Source: a virus
Lineage: Duplodnaviria; Caudoviricetes
IMG/VR virus record: IMGVR_UViG_3300020045_018023
Span: 1-48,395 of that record
Strand: one strand, 5' to 3'
DNA length: 48,395 nucleotides
Shown here in pieces: positions 1 through 8,857 of this stretch. The translations under genes were made by a program, and so were the position numbers. A model generated the notes under the pieces. That model was not told the origin of the DNA. It saw nothing but the letters and a program-made list of their open reading frames with translations, and searched no databases. How positions within the stretch are numbered: the first letter of the stretch is position 1; the number at the start of each line of letters is the position of its first letter.

Positions 1-121
1 ATGCAAAATATTGTTCTCTTAAATGTGTGGGAATAAGTCAAAAAAATAAAATAATAAAAAATTGTTTAGTATGTGATATTGAATTTCAAACCAAACCATC
101 CGTAAATGCAAAATATTGTTC
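1..121. repeat. Terminal direct repeat, left copy (circular assembly overlap)
   Basis: Bases 1-121 are identical to 48275-48395, and an ORF reads straight through the junction when the ends are merged. Confidence 0.95.
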
Positions 122-323
122 TAATAAATGCACGGGAATAAGTATGACCCTTGAATGGAAAGAAGAATCTCGCCACAAACAAGTGTTAAACGCGATGTTA
201 CTTGATACTGGTGACATACCCGTATCAGAATTAAGTGATAATGAGATTGAGACTATATTTGAGCTGTCATATTTAACAATAAGTGATAAAATGAAAATAG
301 GTTATTTAAAAAAGTCAGCTTAA
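1..323 (+). CDS. 3' part of a 196-aa protein with 4 tandem CxxC-x14-CxxxC (treble-clef/TRASH-like) zinc fingers; gene starts at 48007 and crosses the origin
   Basis: Frame is continuous from ATG 48007 to TAA 321-323. The track ORF 27..323 is only its C-terminal half. Its stop overlaps the endolysin ATG (TAATG). Confidence 0.85.
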   Translation, partial: AKYCSLKCVGISQKNKIIKNCLVCDIEFQTKPSVNAKYCSNKCTGISMTLEWKEESRHKQVLNAMLLDTGDIPVSELSDNEIETIFELSYLTISDKMKIGYLKKSA

Positions 324-832
324 TGACTCTTGATTTTACGTTACTCGATCCTTCATTTCTTCCACTTCTTCAACAACTTATTAACAAAATGGAAGCTTTA
401 GAACATAAGATTAATCCTTATTATGGATTTAGAACACTTCAATCACAAGCTCGCCTTTTTAGACAATCTCGAAGCAAACAAACAATTAATGCAGAGATTG
501 AATCATTGAATGAACAAGGGTGTACATTCCTTGCAAATGTTTTAAAAGATGTGGGACCACAAAAAGATGGGCCATGGGCTACAAATGTTTTGCCAGGTCA
601 AAGTTATCATGAATTTGGACTTGCAGTAGATATGTATGTTGATGATGATAAAGAAGGAGGACCTGTGTATGATATTCTCGCAGTGGAATCAATATCTGTT
701 GGTTTAACACCAGGTCGTAATTTCAAACATCCTGATTCAGGACATATACAATTGGGTTCAACGCCCACACCTTATGGATATAATATTAAACAAATAAATG
801 ATTATTTTGAGAAGAAGAATTTATATCAATAA
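323..832 (+). CDS. Endolysin, peptidase M15 (L-Ala-D-Glu/VanY-like) family
   Basis: Motifs GFRTLQSQARLF, SYHEFGLAVD (SxHxxGxAxD) and DSGHIQL match the M15 zinc-peptidase pattern. Confidence 0.85.
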   Translation: MTLDFTLLDPSFLPLLQQLINKMEALEHKINPYYGFRTLQSQARLFRQSRSKQTINAEIESLNEQGCTFLANVLKDVGPQKDGPWATNVLPGQSYHEFGLAVDMYVDDDKEGGPVYDILAVESISVGLTPGRNFKHPDSGHIQLGSTPTPYGYNIKQINDYFEKKNLYQ

Positions 833-1070
833 TATTTTCAAAAAAACTATCAAAAGTATTGCCAAGATATAATGCCAATAGAAAAAGTTCAGATGCTGAT
901 ATTTTTTCTTTGTTTCCTTTCTCAATCTGATCTATATGATTTATTTTGCACTCAAGGAAAAAAGATAATTCTTCTTGTGTAAAGTTTCTTATATTACGAA
1001 TATCTCGTATACGATTTCCAATTAATTTATAAAAATTGTTTTTTTCATTAATGATATTAGATAATTCCAT
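786..1070 (-). CDS. XRE-family HTH transcriptional regulator (possible repressor)
   Basis: IGNRIRDIR..RNFTQEELS...IDQIEKG...ISASELFLLA is a typical XRE helix-turn-helix. Confidence 0.8.
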   Translation of the reverse strand: MELSNIINEKNNFYKLIGNRIRDIRNIRNFTQEELSFFLECKINHIDQIEKGNKEKISASELFLLALYLGNTFDSFFENIIDINSSSQNNHLFV

Positions 1071-1212
1071 GTTTGTTTTCTTTCTTGATTGTTAAACATT
1101 GTATTTTTACTACATGAGTTACTTTATTTAAAAGTTGAAAATTTATATGTATTTCTTATTAATATTTTTAAATTTATACATTAAATTAAGTTCAAATATA
1201 TAAAAGTATATT

Positions 1213-1236
1213 AAAAAGGTGACAAAAAAGTCACCT
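1213..1236 (-). terminator. Intrinsic terminator after ssb
   Basis: Perfect 7-bp stem aggtgac/gtcacct followed by a T-run on the minus strand, 36 nt past the ssb stop. Confidence 0.6.
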
Positions 1237-1272
1237 AATAAATTATAAAATAAGTTAAAAGTTTAATTCAAT

Positions 1273-1746
1273 TTAAAATAGGACGTCATCATCATCAAGT
1301 TCTACTTTTAACTTAGCTATTGTTTCTTGTTCTTTAATGAATTCAACTTTTCTTTTGTCATATGCAACAGGTTGTTTGTAGACTCTTGTAGTTTCATTAC
1401 CATTTTTCAAGAGTAATAATTTACCTTGATATGGTTTTAAAACAATTTCTACGATAGTACATTCTGTAGAATCCTTTTTAATCCACTTACGGCTTCGTAT
1501 GGAGCCCTCTAGGTATATAAGGTCACCTTTGTTAAGATATCGCTCTGTATATTCAATGTAGACGGGGTTAATGATTGATATATTGTGCCACTCAGTAACT
1601 TCTTTCCATTCATCCGTTTTTTTGTCTTTCCATTTATCAGTAGTAGCTACCGAAAAACCAATAATTGTTGACCCATCTTGGAATATATGTGGTACAGGAT
1701 CTTTTCCTATACGTCCTATTAATTTTACTGAATTAAGTGATGACAT
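1273..1746 (-). CDS. ssb: Single-stranded DNA-binding protein
   Basis: LNSVKLIGRIGKDP, FSVATTDKWKDKKT.EWKE.TEWH, KGDLIYLEGSIRSRKW and acidic tail DDDDVLF. The segment EIVLKPYQGKLLLL resembles alphaproteobacterial SSBs. Confidence 0.95.
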   Translation of the reverse strand: MSSLNSVKLIGRIGKDPVPHIFQDGSTIIGFSVATTDKWKDKKTDEWKEVTEWHNISIINPVYIEYTERYLNKGDLIYLEGSIRSRKWIKKDSTECTIVEIVLKPYQGKLLLLKNGNETTRVYKQPVAYDKRKVEFIKEQETIAKLKVELDDDDVLF

Positions 1747-1757
1747 TTGTATACTTT

Positions 1758-2432
1758 CTAATTAATAATTATTTCATTGGACATCGATTTTGGTATAATT
1801 ACATCTACAAAATTTCCTTCTTGAAGCCATTTTTTGAGTTTAATTAAAGATTCGTCTGTTGCATTTTTAAAATCACTTTCAAACATTGAAATAGCTCTTT
1901 TAGAAATCATTGACTCATTAGCACGTACAGAGCCTTCTTTTTTAGACCAAAGTTCGTAAAGCTCCCATGTTAGTGTGTTTAGTTCAGTAGAGTTAAGTTT
2001 CTTCTCATCTTTTCTTAGTGACATAGGATAAGATAAGTTGGTAGGTAGGGAAATAGATTGTCCATCATCATCTTCAGCATACAAAGAGAGAAGATCACTA
2101 ATACCGCTTTTTCTTGCATATGTCTTTGACGCTACATATTTTTGCATATCTGACATATTAAGTAATCGTACAAATGTTTCGATGTATGTTTGACTTTCAC
2201 TGTGTGTAAGACGCACACATAAGTAACCGTTGTTTTCCATTGTTTCATGAGATGAATAAAATAAACCATGTTTTTTAAGTTCTGGTTTAATTGAATCATG
2301 AATAGCTGAAAGTGTAGCGTAATTTGGCTTTCTATCTACCTTTTTATACGTTGGATTTTCAGCATCTTTTATTACTTTTTCAAATTCACATAATGCTAAT
2401 TGAGTTTGAATATTTCTTTTAATTTCAGTCAT
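1758..2432 (-). CDS. erf: ERF-family single-strand annealing recombinase
   Basis: KDAENP..K..NYATL..I...IKP.L.KHGL, LTHSES, Q.Y.A..TYARK and AEDDDG match ERF; adjacent to ssb. Confidence 0.85.
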   Translation of the reverse strand: MTEIKRNIQTQLALCEFEKVIKDAENPTYKKVDRKPNYATLSAIHDSIKPELKKHGLFYSSHETMENNGYLCVRLTHSESQTYIETFVRLLNMSDMQKYVASKTYARKSGISDLLSLYAEDDDGQSISLPTNLSYPMSLRKDEKKLNSTELNTLTWELYELWSKKEGSVRANESMISKRAISMFESDFKNATDESLIKLKKWLQEGNFVDVIIPKSMSNEIIIN

Positions 2433-2444
2433 AATTTACATCCT

Positions 2445-2672
2445 TTAATTATATTTAATTTGTTTATTTAAAAAAACAAATACACGTTGAATAGAATCTA
2501 TTAAATCTTCTATTTCTTTTGTTTCATGTAATTGATCTATATAAAGATCTAATACAGGTGTTAAGTCGTTAATTAATTCCTGTAATGCATATTCTTTACT
2601 CATAAAATCATGAATATTGTCATTAGCATTTTGAGGTTCGAAAAAATGTATATTAGATGTTAAAATTGACAT
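2445..2672 (-). CDS. Hypothetical protein
   Basis: 75-aa ORF co-oriented in the leftward early operon. Confidence 0.55.
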   Translation of the reverse strand: MSILTSNIHFFEPQNANDNIHDFMSKEYALQELINDLTPVLDLYIDQLHETKEIEDLIDSIQRVFVFLNKQIKYN

Positions 2673-2880
2673 AACAAAAGAGCAATAGTAAAAGCAATTA
2701 TAATATTTATAAATAACTGATTTTTTATAATATAGTTATTTTTATATTTATGTTGTATTTTATTAAATTCAAACGACATATAAGGTCTAATTATATTTTC
2801 TTCCTGTCGTTTACTTCTCATTATGCAATTCCTTATGATAAATTTACTAAAAATTATTCATAAGATTAACAAATATTTTA

Positions 2881-3051
2881 TCAAATAGTAAACCTTTTAA
2901 TTTTATAAAAATGGATACTATACATATTTTCTTTCTTTCTTTTTCTATATTTTTTTTCAATCATTTCAAAATCGTATTTAAAAATAAGTAATAATATAAA
3001 TATAGTTGCATTAGCTGATAGGAGTAATGATATGCAATTACTTAATAACAT
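2881..3051 (-). CDS. Small membrane protein (hypothetical)
   Basis: Hydrophobic stretch followed by a basic tail; start chosen at the internal Met (MLLSNC), uncertain. Confidence 0.35.
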   Translation of the reverse strand: MLLSNCISLLLSANATIFILLLIFKYDFEMIEKKYRKRKKENMYSIHFYKIKRFTI

Positions 3052-3334
3052 TTGATTCCTCCAGTTTAAATATTGTTTTTTCAAATTCAAGTTGTTCAGT
3101 CATTATTTGGTTTTTTATGTTCAATGTGTTGTTTATTTCATATAAGCGAAATTGTATTAATAATCCGCAAATAAAAATAGAAAGTGTAATAATAAATAGT
3201 TGTAATGTCATATGTTGATCTCTCTTTTGGTATTTAATAATTAAATGAAGTAAAAAGGCCGTTGTAGCCGTTATAATAGTGAAGGTAATCAACAAAGCTA
3301 TTGTTGATAAAATCACATTAGTAGCGCATATCAT
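3038..3334 (-). CDS. Two-TM membrane protein (hypothetical)
   Basis: Two long hydrophobic segments then a coiled-coil-like tail. Confidence 0.45.
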   Translation of the reverse strand: MICATNVILSTIALLITFTIITATTAFLLHLIIKYQKRDQHMTLQLFIITLSIFICGLLIQFRLYEINNTLNIKNQIMTEQLEFEKTIFKLEESNVIK

Positions 3335-3418
3335 GGTATTAAATTTATGTGTTCAATAAACCATCCAACTAAACACAATGATATTATAAACATTAAAAGT
3401 TCACACATAATATTAATC

Positions 3419-3610
3419 CTAATTAAATAAAGTAATGGATTCGTTAATATCAGATTGCTGAACTGATGTTAAAACTGCTCGTGTGATTGCTAATTCATCC
3501 CGCAAGGACTTAATTAGAGCTTTAAAGTAACGATCATGATCATCGATGATTTTTACAACTTCTGAATAACGATTTTTGTAACCAGTGAGCATTTTGTTAT
3601 ATTCTGTCAT
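3419..3610 (-). CDS. Hypothetical protein
   Basis: 63-aa ORF with SD-like caggaa upstream; ATGA overlap with the upstream gene. Confidence 0.6.
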   Translation of the reverse strand: MTEYNKMLTGYKNRYSEVVKIIDDHDRYFKALIKSLRDELAITRAVLTSVQQSDINESITLFN

Positions 3611-3753
3611 GATATTTCCTGTCTATATTTATGTTTAAATTCATTAAGTTTTTCTGTTGGTAAGTATTTTAATATTTCAGTAAGATCTTTTTCTAATTCA
3701 TAAACAACACAATTACGTAAGTCAATATCATCTGGGAATTTAAAGTTAATCAT
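3607..3753 (-). CDS. Small hypothetical protein (48 aa, not in ORF track)
   Basis: MINFKFPDDIDLRNCVVYELEKDLTEILKYLPTEKLNEFKHKYRQEIS. Start overlaps the upstream gene end, stop overlaps the next ATG, and ggag SD is present. Confidence 0.65.
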   Translation of the reverse strand: MINFKFPDDIDLRNCVVYELEKDLTEILKYLPTEKLNEFKHKYRQEIS

Positions 3754-3946
3754 TTATTTTTTCTCCTTTGATAAGTAATTGTATGTCTTCCCAAGCATTT
3801 TCTTCGTTGTAATAGAATTCTTCTTGTTCTTTTATTAAGTAAGAAGAACCGTAAAGCTCAAATAAATTTTGTAAGTTTCTATCTTTCATAAAATCGATTA
3901 ATTCATCGAATTCTTGTAAACGTATTGGTGTCCATTCAAATGACAT
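3746..3946 (-). CDS. Hypothetical protein
   Basis: 66-aa acidic ORF, tightly packed in the operon. Confidence 0.6.
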   Translation of the reverse strand: MSFEWTPIRLQEFDELIDFMKDRNLQNLFELYGSSYLIKEQEEFYYNEENAWEDIQLLIKGEKIND

Positions 3947-3948
3947 AA

Positions 3949-4179
3949 TTAAAGTTTCCCTTCAAAGGTACTTGGTTTGTATGAGGCAAGCTCTGCAAGT
4001 ACGTTTCTATATATTGTATGTGTGTTGTAATTACGTGATGTTATGAGGTTTTGGTTAATTCTATTGCCAGGCTTCATAAATTGTTGGAGACCAGAATCAG
4101 CATATTCATAATCATTTGAACTGCTTTCATTAAGTGTTATTGCATTCCATCGATCAGAATTGTTGAAAGTAATGATCAT
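3949..4179 (-). CDS. Hypothetical protein
   Basis: 76-aa ORF with 2-nt spacing to both neighbours. Confidence 0.6.
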   Translation of the reverse strand: MIITFNNSDRWNAITLNESSSNDYEYADSGLQQFMKPGNRINQNLITSRNYNTHTIYRNVLAELASYKPSTFEGKL

Positions 4180-4181
4180 TA

Positions 4182-4370
4182 TTAAACAACCTTTTGACCT
4201 TGTTGATATTCATTTTTACCTTGTTGATATTCATTAGCTAGTTCAACGAGATATTCTTTTAACTCACTGAGAGTTGAACATTCATTCAACATGAAAAGTG
4301 CATGTCGAATTACTGCTAAGGATTCTTCCCAGATGATTCTTTGTTCATTTTTTGTATATGTATTGTTCAT
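4182..4370 (-). CDS. Hypothetical protein, first gene of the leftward operon
   Basis: SD cggag upstream; C-terminal NEYQQG duplicated via an 18-bp repeat at 21-bp spacing. Confidence 0.65.
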   Translation of the reverse strand: MNNTYTKNEQRIIWEESLAVIRHALFMLNECSTLSELKEYLVELANEYQQGKNEYQQGQKVV

Positions 4371-4757
4371 ACTGATCTCCGTTTGTTTTTGCGTGGTGTC
4401 ATATAAGAGTTGTATTAATGTTGTGTGACCCTTGTGTTGTATAACATAACTTTAGTGTGACCCCATGTACAGTTGAATAACTGCAATGTTTTCACATTCG
4501 TTATGATGCTTATGAATGTAGTAATTTTGCTTTTCATCATTGTAATGCTTCTAAACATAATAACTTGCTTCTTCATAAGTTTAGTTATAATTGGTTTCGT
4601 TTGAATATGTCAACATATTATTTGTTTGAACGATAAGACCATTTTCAACCCAACAGTTATATTAGTCAAATTTATTATAAATATATTTAAAAGTGTATAT
4701 TTTGTATGGTTGACTTTATATGTTAATGGATGTAAATATATCTAATAATGTCTATAA

Positions 4758-4994
4758 ATGGGAAAACGAAAGATGGAAGAAAATTTTGAAGAAAGAATGC
4801 TTTCTACTGAAGAGGTAGCAGAGATATTAAAGGTAAAAGTTGGTACTCTTGCACAAAGAAGGTGTAACGGATTTCCTCCACGTTATGTGAAATATGGAAA
4901 TAGAATATTATATAAATATAGTGATATAGTTAAGTTTGTAAATGAAAGTACTGTAGAACCTGTAAATAAAATGTCAACTATAAGTGGAAATTAG
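4758..4994 (+). CDS. Excisionase/AlpA-like (HTH_17-type) DNA-binding protein
   Basis: LSTEEVAEILKVKVGTLAQRRCNGFPPRYVKYGNRILY matches the MerR-like excisionase HTH pattern. Confidence 0.85.
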   Translation: MGKRKMEENFEERMLSTEEVAEILKVKVGTLAQRRCNGFPPRYVKYGNRILYKYSDIVKFVNESTVEPVNKMSTISGN

Positions 4995-5335
4995 AATCAT
5001 TAGATTAAATTATATGTTCGTTAATACTTATGATAGCAGTTGAATACACATTGTTATATTCATACTAAGCTGAAATGGAATTAGAGAAAGATTAGAAAAA
5101 AATGACCACACTAAAAAAGAAAGTTCTTATTAATGAGCATGAAGCAGCTGACATGATCGGTCTTAAGGTTGGGACTATGCGTATTAGACGAATACGTAAG
5201 CAACCACCTGTTTATTTCAAGATAGGTAAACGTGTTATGTATGATGTAGAAGAATTACAGGCATATATAGAAAGTGGAAGAGTTATGCCTGATGAAATAC
5301 GTGAACTATAAGTGGAAATTAGAATGATTAGATTA
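4976..5335 (+). repeat. 32-bp direct repeat (4976-5007 and 5304-5335, 1 mismatch) at the 3' ends of the two HTH genes
   Basis: aactataagtggaaattagaat[c/g]attagatta read at both positions. Confidence 0.9.
5102..5311 (+). CDS. Excisionase/AlpA-like HTH protein, paralog of 4758..4994
   Basis: LINEHEAADMIGLKVGTMRIRRIRKQPPVYFKIGKRVMYD; shares KVGT, PP.Y.K.G.R..Y with its neighbour. Confidence 0.85.
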   Translation: MTTLKKKVLINEHEAADMIGLKVGTMRIRRIRKQPPVYFKIGKRVMYDVEELQAYIESGRVMPDEIREL

Positions 5336-5426
5336 CGTGATCTATTTTTATTCTACAACTTACTTGAAATTTATTTTAAATATGATCCATTATAAATATC
5401 TGATGATATAAATTTAATGAGGTTAT

Positions 5427-5582
5427 ATGGATTTTAAAAAAGAATACACATTTAACAAAGGTATGGTCTTACAAAGCCACAGCAAGGCCATACTAAAGTT
5501 AAATAACATAAGAATACCTGGAATTAAAAATGTGGCTCACAGACTCGTAGAATTGGTAGTAGCGGTGATGTTTTATATATGA
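5427..5582 (+). CDS. Small hypothetical protein (51 aa, not in ORF track)
   Basis: gagg SD before ATG 5427; MDFKKEYTFNKG...VMFYI. Confidence 0.35.
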   Translation: MDFKKEYTFNKGMVLQSHSKAILKLNNIRIPGIKNVAHRLVELVVAVMFYI

Positions 5583-5689
5583 ATATGTTGTAGATAAATA
5601 ATCTGTTAATTACAAGAATGGATGTGAAATAAAAAAACATATTTAGCGTTAATAAAACACAACATAAACACAAAATAAAAGAGTTTGAT

Positions 5690-6124
5690 ATGGCTAAAAA
5701 TAAATTCCAAAAAGGCAATACATTGGGAAAGGGAAGACCTAAAGGATCTCGTAATAAGGGATTATTGCTTTTCGAGAAAATCCTTGAAAATGATCTAGAT
5801 TCTATAACAGATCAGCTAGTCGCACTTGCAAAAAGCGGGGACATGAGCGCAATTTCTTTAATTATTAATCGTGTATATTCCTTACCGCCAAAGGCATCAT
5901 CAATGGTGGATCTTCCCTTAATGAATGATATAAAAACACAAACAGATGTAAACAATTCCATGACTGATTTACTTAGTGCAGTAGGTTCTGGAGATGTTGA
6001 TATCGAGGAAGCTAAAGAATTAGCAGCATTGATTAAAGCTAAAAGTGAATCAATACACATATGCATGGCTAATGAACTACAAGAGCTTAAAAACTTTGTG
6101 AGTGGCACAAAAGATTGTATGTAA
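5690..6124 (+). CDS. DUF5681-type protein, probable terminase small subunit
   Basis: N-terminal KFQKGNTLGKGRPKGSRNK (G-N...GRPKG motif) followed by helical ..LAKSGD..AI..I; no other TerS candidate seen. Confidence 0.6.
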   Translation: MAKNKFQKGNTLGKGRPKGSRNKGLLLFEKILENDLDSITDQLVALAKSGDMSAISLIINRVYSLPPKASSMVDLPLMNDIKTQTDVNNSMTDLLSAVGSGDVDIEEAKELAALIKAKSESIHICMANELQELKNFVSGTKDCM

Positions 6125-6185
6125 TTAATATTAAAGTGACCCTATAAACAGGTTACTATAACCTAACACTTAAAGAGTATGATTA

Positions 6186-6464
6186 ATGGAATTTGAACTT
6201 GATGGACAGATTACGGCTAAGCTTCAAAAGAATGCTAAGCTGATTAATAAATATTTAAATAACCTAGTCGATGAAGGTACATCACTTACGGCTGCATCAT
6301 TGTTGGCTGCTACTCATATGTTTTATGAACATAATCTATTATGTAAAAATATTGAGCACAATATTCATTTAATTGTAGAACTAGAACATAATATGGAATT
6401 AATTCTTGAATCTTTAAAAAACATTGTTAAAAATAAAATATTTGAATCTAAAACCATTCATTAA
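6186..6464 (+). CDS. Hypothetical protein
   Basis: 92-aa helical ORF. Confidence 0.6.
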   Translation: MEFELDGQITAKLQKNAKLINKYLNNLVDEGTSLTAASLLAATHMFYEHNLLCKNIEHNIHLIVELEHNMELILESLKNIVKNKIFESKTIH

Positions 6465-6488
6465 TATAAATATATTGTTAATCATATA

Positions 6489-6638
6489 ATGATCGAATTA
6501 ACTATAGTTTTTTATACATTTTTAACGATATGTAGTTTTATTGTTATAGTTAAAGGTATTATTACTAATATACCTATCCTCGTTCTTTGTGGAGCAATAT
6601 CTTTTAATTTATCACTTTATCTATTAATTGAGAGGTAG
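6489..6638 (+). CDS. Small two-TM membrane protein (49 aa, not in ORF track)
   Basis: MIELTIVFYTFLTICSFIVIVKGIITNIPILVLCGAISFNLSLYLLIER fills the gap, ending 5 nt before the next ATG. Confidence 0.45.
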   Translation: MIELTIVFYTFLTICSFIVIVKGIITNIPILVLCGAISFNLSLYLLIER

Positions 6639-6643
6639 GTATC

Positions 6644-6832
6644 ATGAGCAACGCGCTATTCAAAGCAATAGAGGGCAAGGCACCACTCGTTTGTATCAAA
6701 GAATTATACGCCGTACTATATGTAGTAGCAAACTCAACAACAAAGGATGGTTTACTACTAGATATAGTGGTTGATACATTAAATGTATTACAAGAACATA
6801 TGATTAAAACATTAAGGGATAATAATAAATAA
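6644..6832 (+). CDS. Hypothetical protein
   Basis: gagg/aggt SD; 62 aa. Confidence 0.6.
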   Translation: MSNALFKAIEGKAPLVCIKELYAVLYVVANSTTKDGLLLDIVVDTLNVLQEHMIKTLRDNNK

Positions 6833-6954
6833 ATTATAAGGATTTACTATGAAAGATTGAGTATGTTAAGAATTAATAATAAAATTACCCCATAGTAATA
6901 AACAATTAATTGTGTTTAAATTAAAAGCTATCTATTTTTAATTTAAGTAATTTA

Positions 6955-7194
6955 ATGACCGAAAATATTGTTAATAAGAAACAATTGGGTGCAGCATTAA
7001 GATGCATGCTCTATGAAATAAACTTTAGAAAATCAACTGTTGATGAACAATATAAAATACTTTGTCATTATGACAAGAATATTAATATCAGGGATGAAAA
7101 AGATCCGTGGAATGTTGTTGATTTAACTCAATGTAATCTCGGTGTTATACACGCCGCAAAAATTAAAGCCGAAATCAGGCTAAGGAATCTATAA
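6955..7194 (+). CDS. Hypothetical protein
   Basis: 79-aa ORF with normal composition. Confidence 0.55.
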   Translation: MTENIVNKKQLGAALRCMLYEINFRKSTVDEQYKILCHYDKNINIRDEKDPWNVVDLTQCNLGVIHAAKIKAEIRLRNL

Positions 7195-7306
7195 TGAACT
7201 ATGCACTAACTATTTTAATAATCTTTTTTGTTTTATTTGGATTTATCTTTAATCCATTTAAGGATGGTGATGAGAGCGAGGATTAATATTGACCCCATAT
7301 TAAACG

Positions 7307-7504
7307 TATGTTATACTAAACATGTGTTACTTGTGTATTATACTAAATGTATGTTACTTATATGTAACACTACTTGTGTGTAACACTAAAAATGTGCTAC
7401 TTATATGTTATATTAAATATGTTCTACTTGTGTGTAACACTAAATATGTGCTACTTATATGTTATACTAAATATGTGCTACTTATATGTTATTTATATGT
7501 AACA
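7307..7504. repeat. Non-coding tandem array of ~27-bp units (alternating A/B types)
   Basis: Units ctacttgtgtgtaacactaaawatgtg (7370, 7424) alternate with ctacttatatgttatay-taaatatgtk (7397, 7451); degenerate copies at 7307, 7327, 7354 and 7478. Confidence 0.9.
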
Positions 7505-7714
7505 TTAAAGTTGTATGATATTGGTATGACACGATATTTATACATAAAGAATGTTGGTTATATAACAATAATAATTTTTAAGGAAATCATAATATGAATT
7601 ACCCAAAAAATATAATATATAGTAACTTAATATGAATGTTACAACAGGGTCTATTATAGTAATAACTTTAATTATATTAATTATATGGATTACTTATAAA
7701 GGAGATAATACTTT

Positions 7715-7903
7715 TTAAACAAATGTTTCATCATCTATTATTTCTTCAATGTTTATTCCCGTACTATGGATAACAAATTCTTGTATTAAATGTTCAACGG
7801 GATTATGAACCATTTTATAATAAGAAAATGAAGCACATAACATAACAAAAAATATAAGTACGGATATAGAAATACATATAACTGTTTCTAAAAAGAAATT
7901 CAT
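7715..7903 (-). CDS. Small single-TM protein (possible holin/lysis accessory)
   Basis: N-terminal TM followed by NPVEHLIQEFVIHSTGINI; ATGA-coupled to the upstream TM gene. Confidence 0.5.
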   Translation of the reverse strand: MNFFLETVICISISVLIFFVMLCASFSYYKMVHNPVEHLIQEFVIHSTGINIEEIIDDETFV

Positions 7904-8064
7904 TCAGCGTTAGCTATTGCAAGCCCATCTTTTAGAATAGTTTCTTTTAGTTCAGTTGTTTGTTCAGGAGTATAATCAAATACATTTTTCGCAATATATC
8001 CAGCAATAAGTACAGAAAGACCTATTAATAAAAACGCTATAGATGATATTTCATAATATTTCAT
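7900..8064 (-). CDS. Small single-TM protein
   Basis: MKYYEISSIAFLLIGLSVLIAGYIAK...; start at internal Met is assumed. Confidence 0.5.
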   Translation of the reverse strand: MKYYEISSIAFLLIGLSVLIAGYIAKNVFDYTPEQTTELKETILKDGLAIANAE

Positions 8065-8176
8065 GTTATGTTCTTTTTTAAAGTTGCATATAAATATTAT
8101 CATTCATGTATAAAACTATCAATATAAAATTATATTAAAATAAGAAATAAAATAGAAGAAAGTTTATTAATTAAAA

Positions 8177-8353
8177 ATGAAAAAATTTGATAAAGAATAC
8201 AATGCAAACTTTGACGAACTTGCTGCGTGTATGAGAGAATGTCTTTCATTAAGAAGAGAAATTGAACAATTAAATGGTAAAATTTGGCATTTAGCATATA
8301 CATTAGAAATGCTATGTTCTGATGAAGAAAGAGGCGAAAATGAAGTGGAATAA
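8177..8353 (+). CDS. Small coiled-coil hypothetical protein (58 aa, not in ORF track)
   Basis: MKKFDKEYNANFDELAACMRECLSLRREIEQLNGK...EVE; stops 2 nt before the next ATG. Confidence 0.6.
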   Translation: MKKFDKEYNANFDELAACMRECLSLRREIEQLNGKIWHLAYTLEMLCSDEERGENEVE

Positions 8354-8355
8354 TT

Positions 8356-8553
8356 ATGATTGTTAAAGATACTGATGGATACATATTAACTATTAATTTT
8401 AAATATATTGAATATATAAAAGAACTATGCGATGGATATTTGATTATTCATTTATCATGTGGTGAACATATATATGTAAAACCAGAAGATTCACATGGGC
8501 ATGTTGATGCATTCAAATCATATTTAAAGCTGGATTTAATTCAAAAATATTAA
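8356..8553 (+). CDS. Hypothetical protein
   Basis: 65-aa beta-rich ORF; TAATG-coupled to the next gene. Confidence 0.6.
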   Translation: MIVKDTDGYILTINFKYIEYIKELCDGYLIIHLSCGEHIYVKPEDSHGHVDAFKSYLKLDLIQKY

Positions 8554-8855
8554 TGATCAAACATAAGTTTAACGCTATTAAAACTGAATGTGACGGAATA
8601 AAATTTAGTTCTCGTAAAGAAGCTAAACGTTATTCAGAATTAAAGTTTCTTCAAAGTAATGGGGAGCTGTTGTTTTTCTTACGTCAAGTACCTTTTCATC
8701 TTCTTGGTAATGTACGCTACGTATGCGACTTCATGGTGTTTTGGTGTAATGGTGATGTAACTGTTGAAGATGTAAAAGGGATGAAAACTGATATGTATAT
8801 TGTGAAAAAGAAATTAGTTGAGGCCACCTATCCAATAAAGATAACGGAAATATAA
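8553..8855 (+). CDS. DUF1064-family putative endonuclease
   Basis: KFNAIKTECDGIKFSSRKEAKRY.ELK, QVPF, YVCDF and VEDVKGM.T..Y..KKKL are characteristic of DUF1064. Confidence 0.9.
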   Translation: MIKHKFNAIKTECDGIKFSSRKEAKRYSELKFLQSNGELLFFLRQVPFHLLGNVRYVCDFMVFWCNGDVTVEDVKGMKTDMYIVKKKLVEATYPIKITEI

Positions 8856-8857
8856 TT

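Noticed and set aside
3607-3753. Apparent frameshifted pseudogene
   Set aside because: On recount the A-run has five bases and the ORF is intact (48 aa).
7307-7597. CRISPR array, or the 91-aa ORF 7322..7597
   Set aside because: Units are contiguous with no unique spacers and there are no cas genes. The ORF is a translation of the 27-bp repeats (C/Y/L/V periodic).
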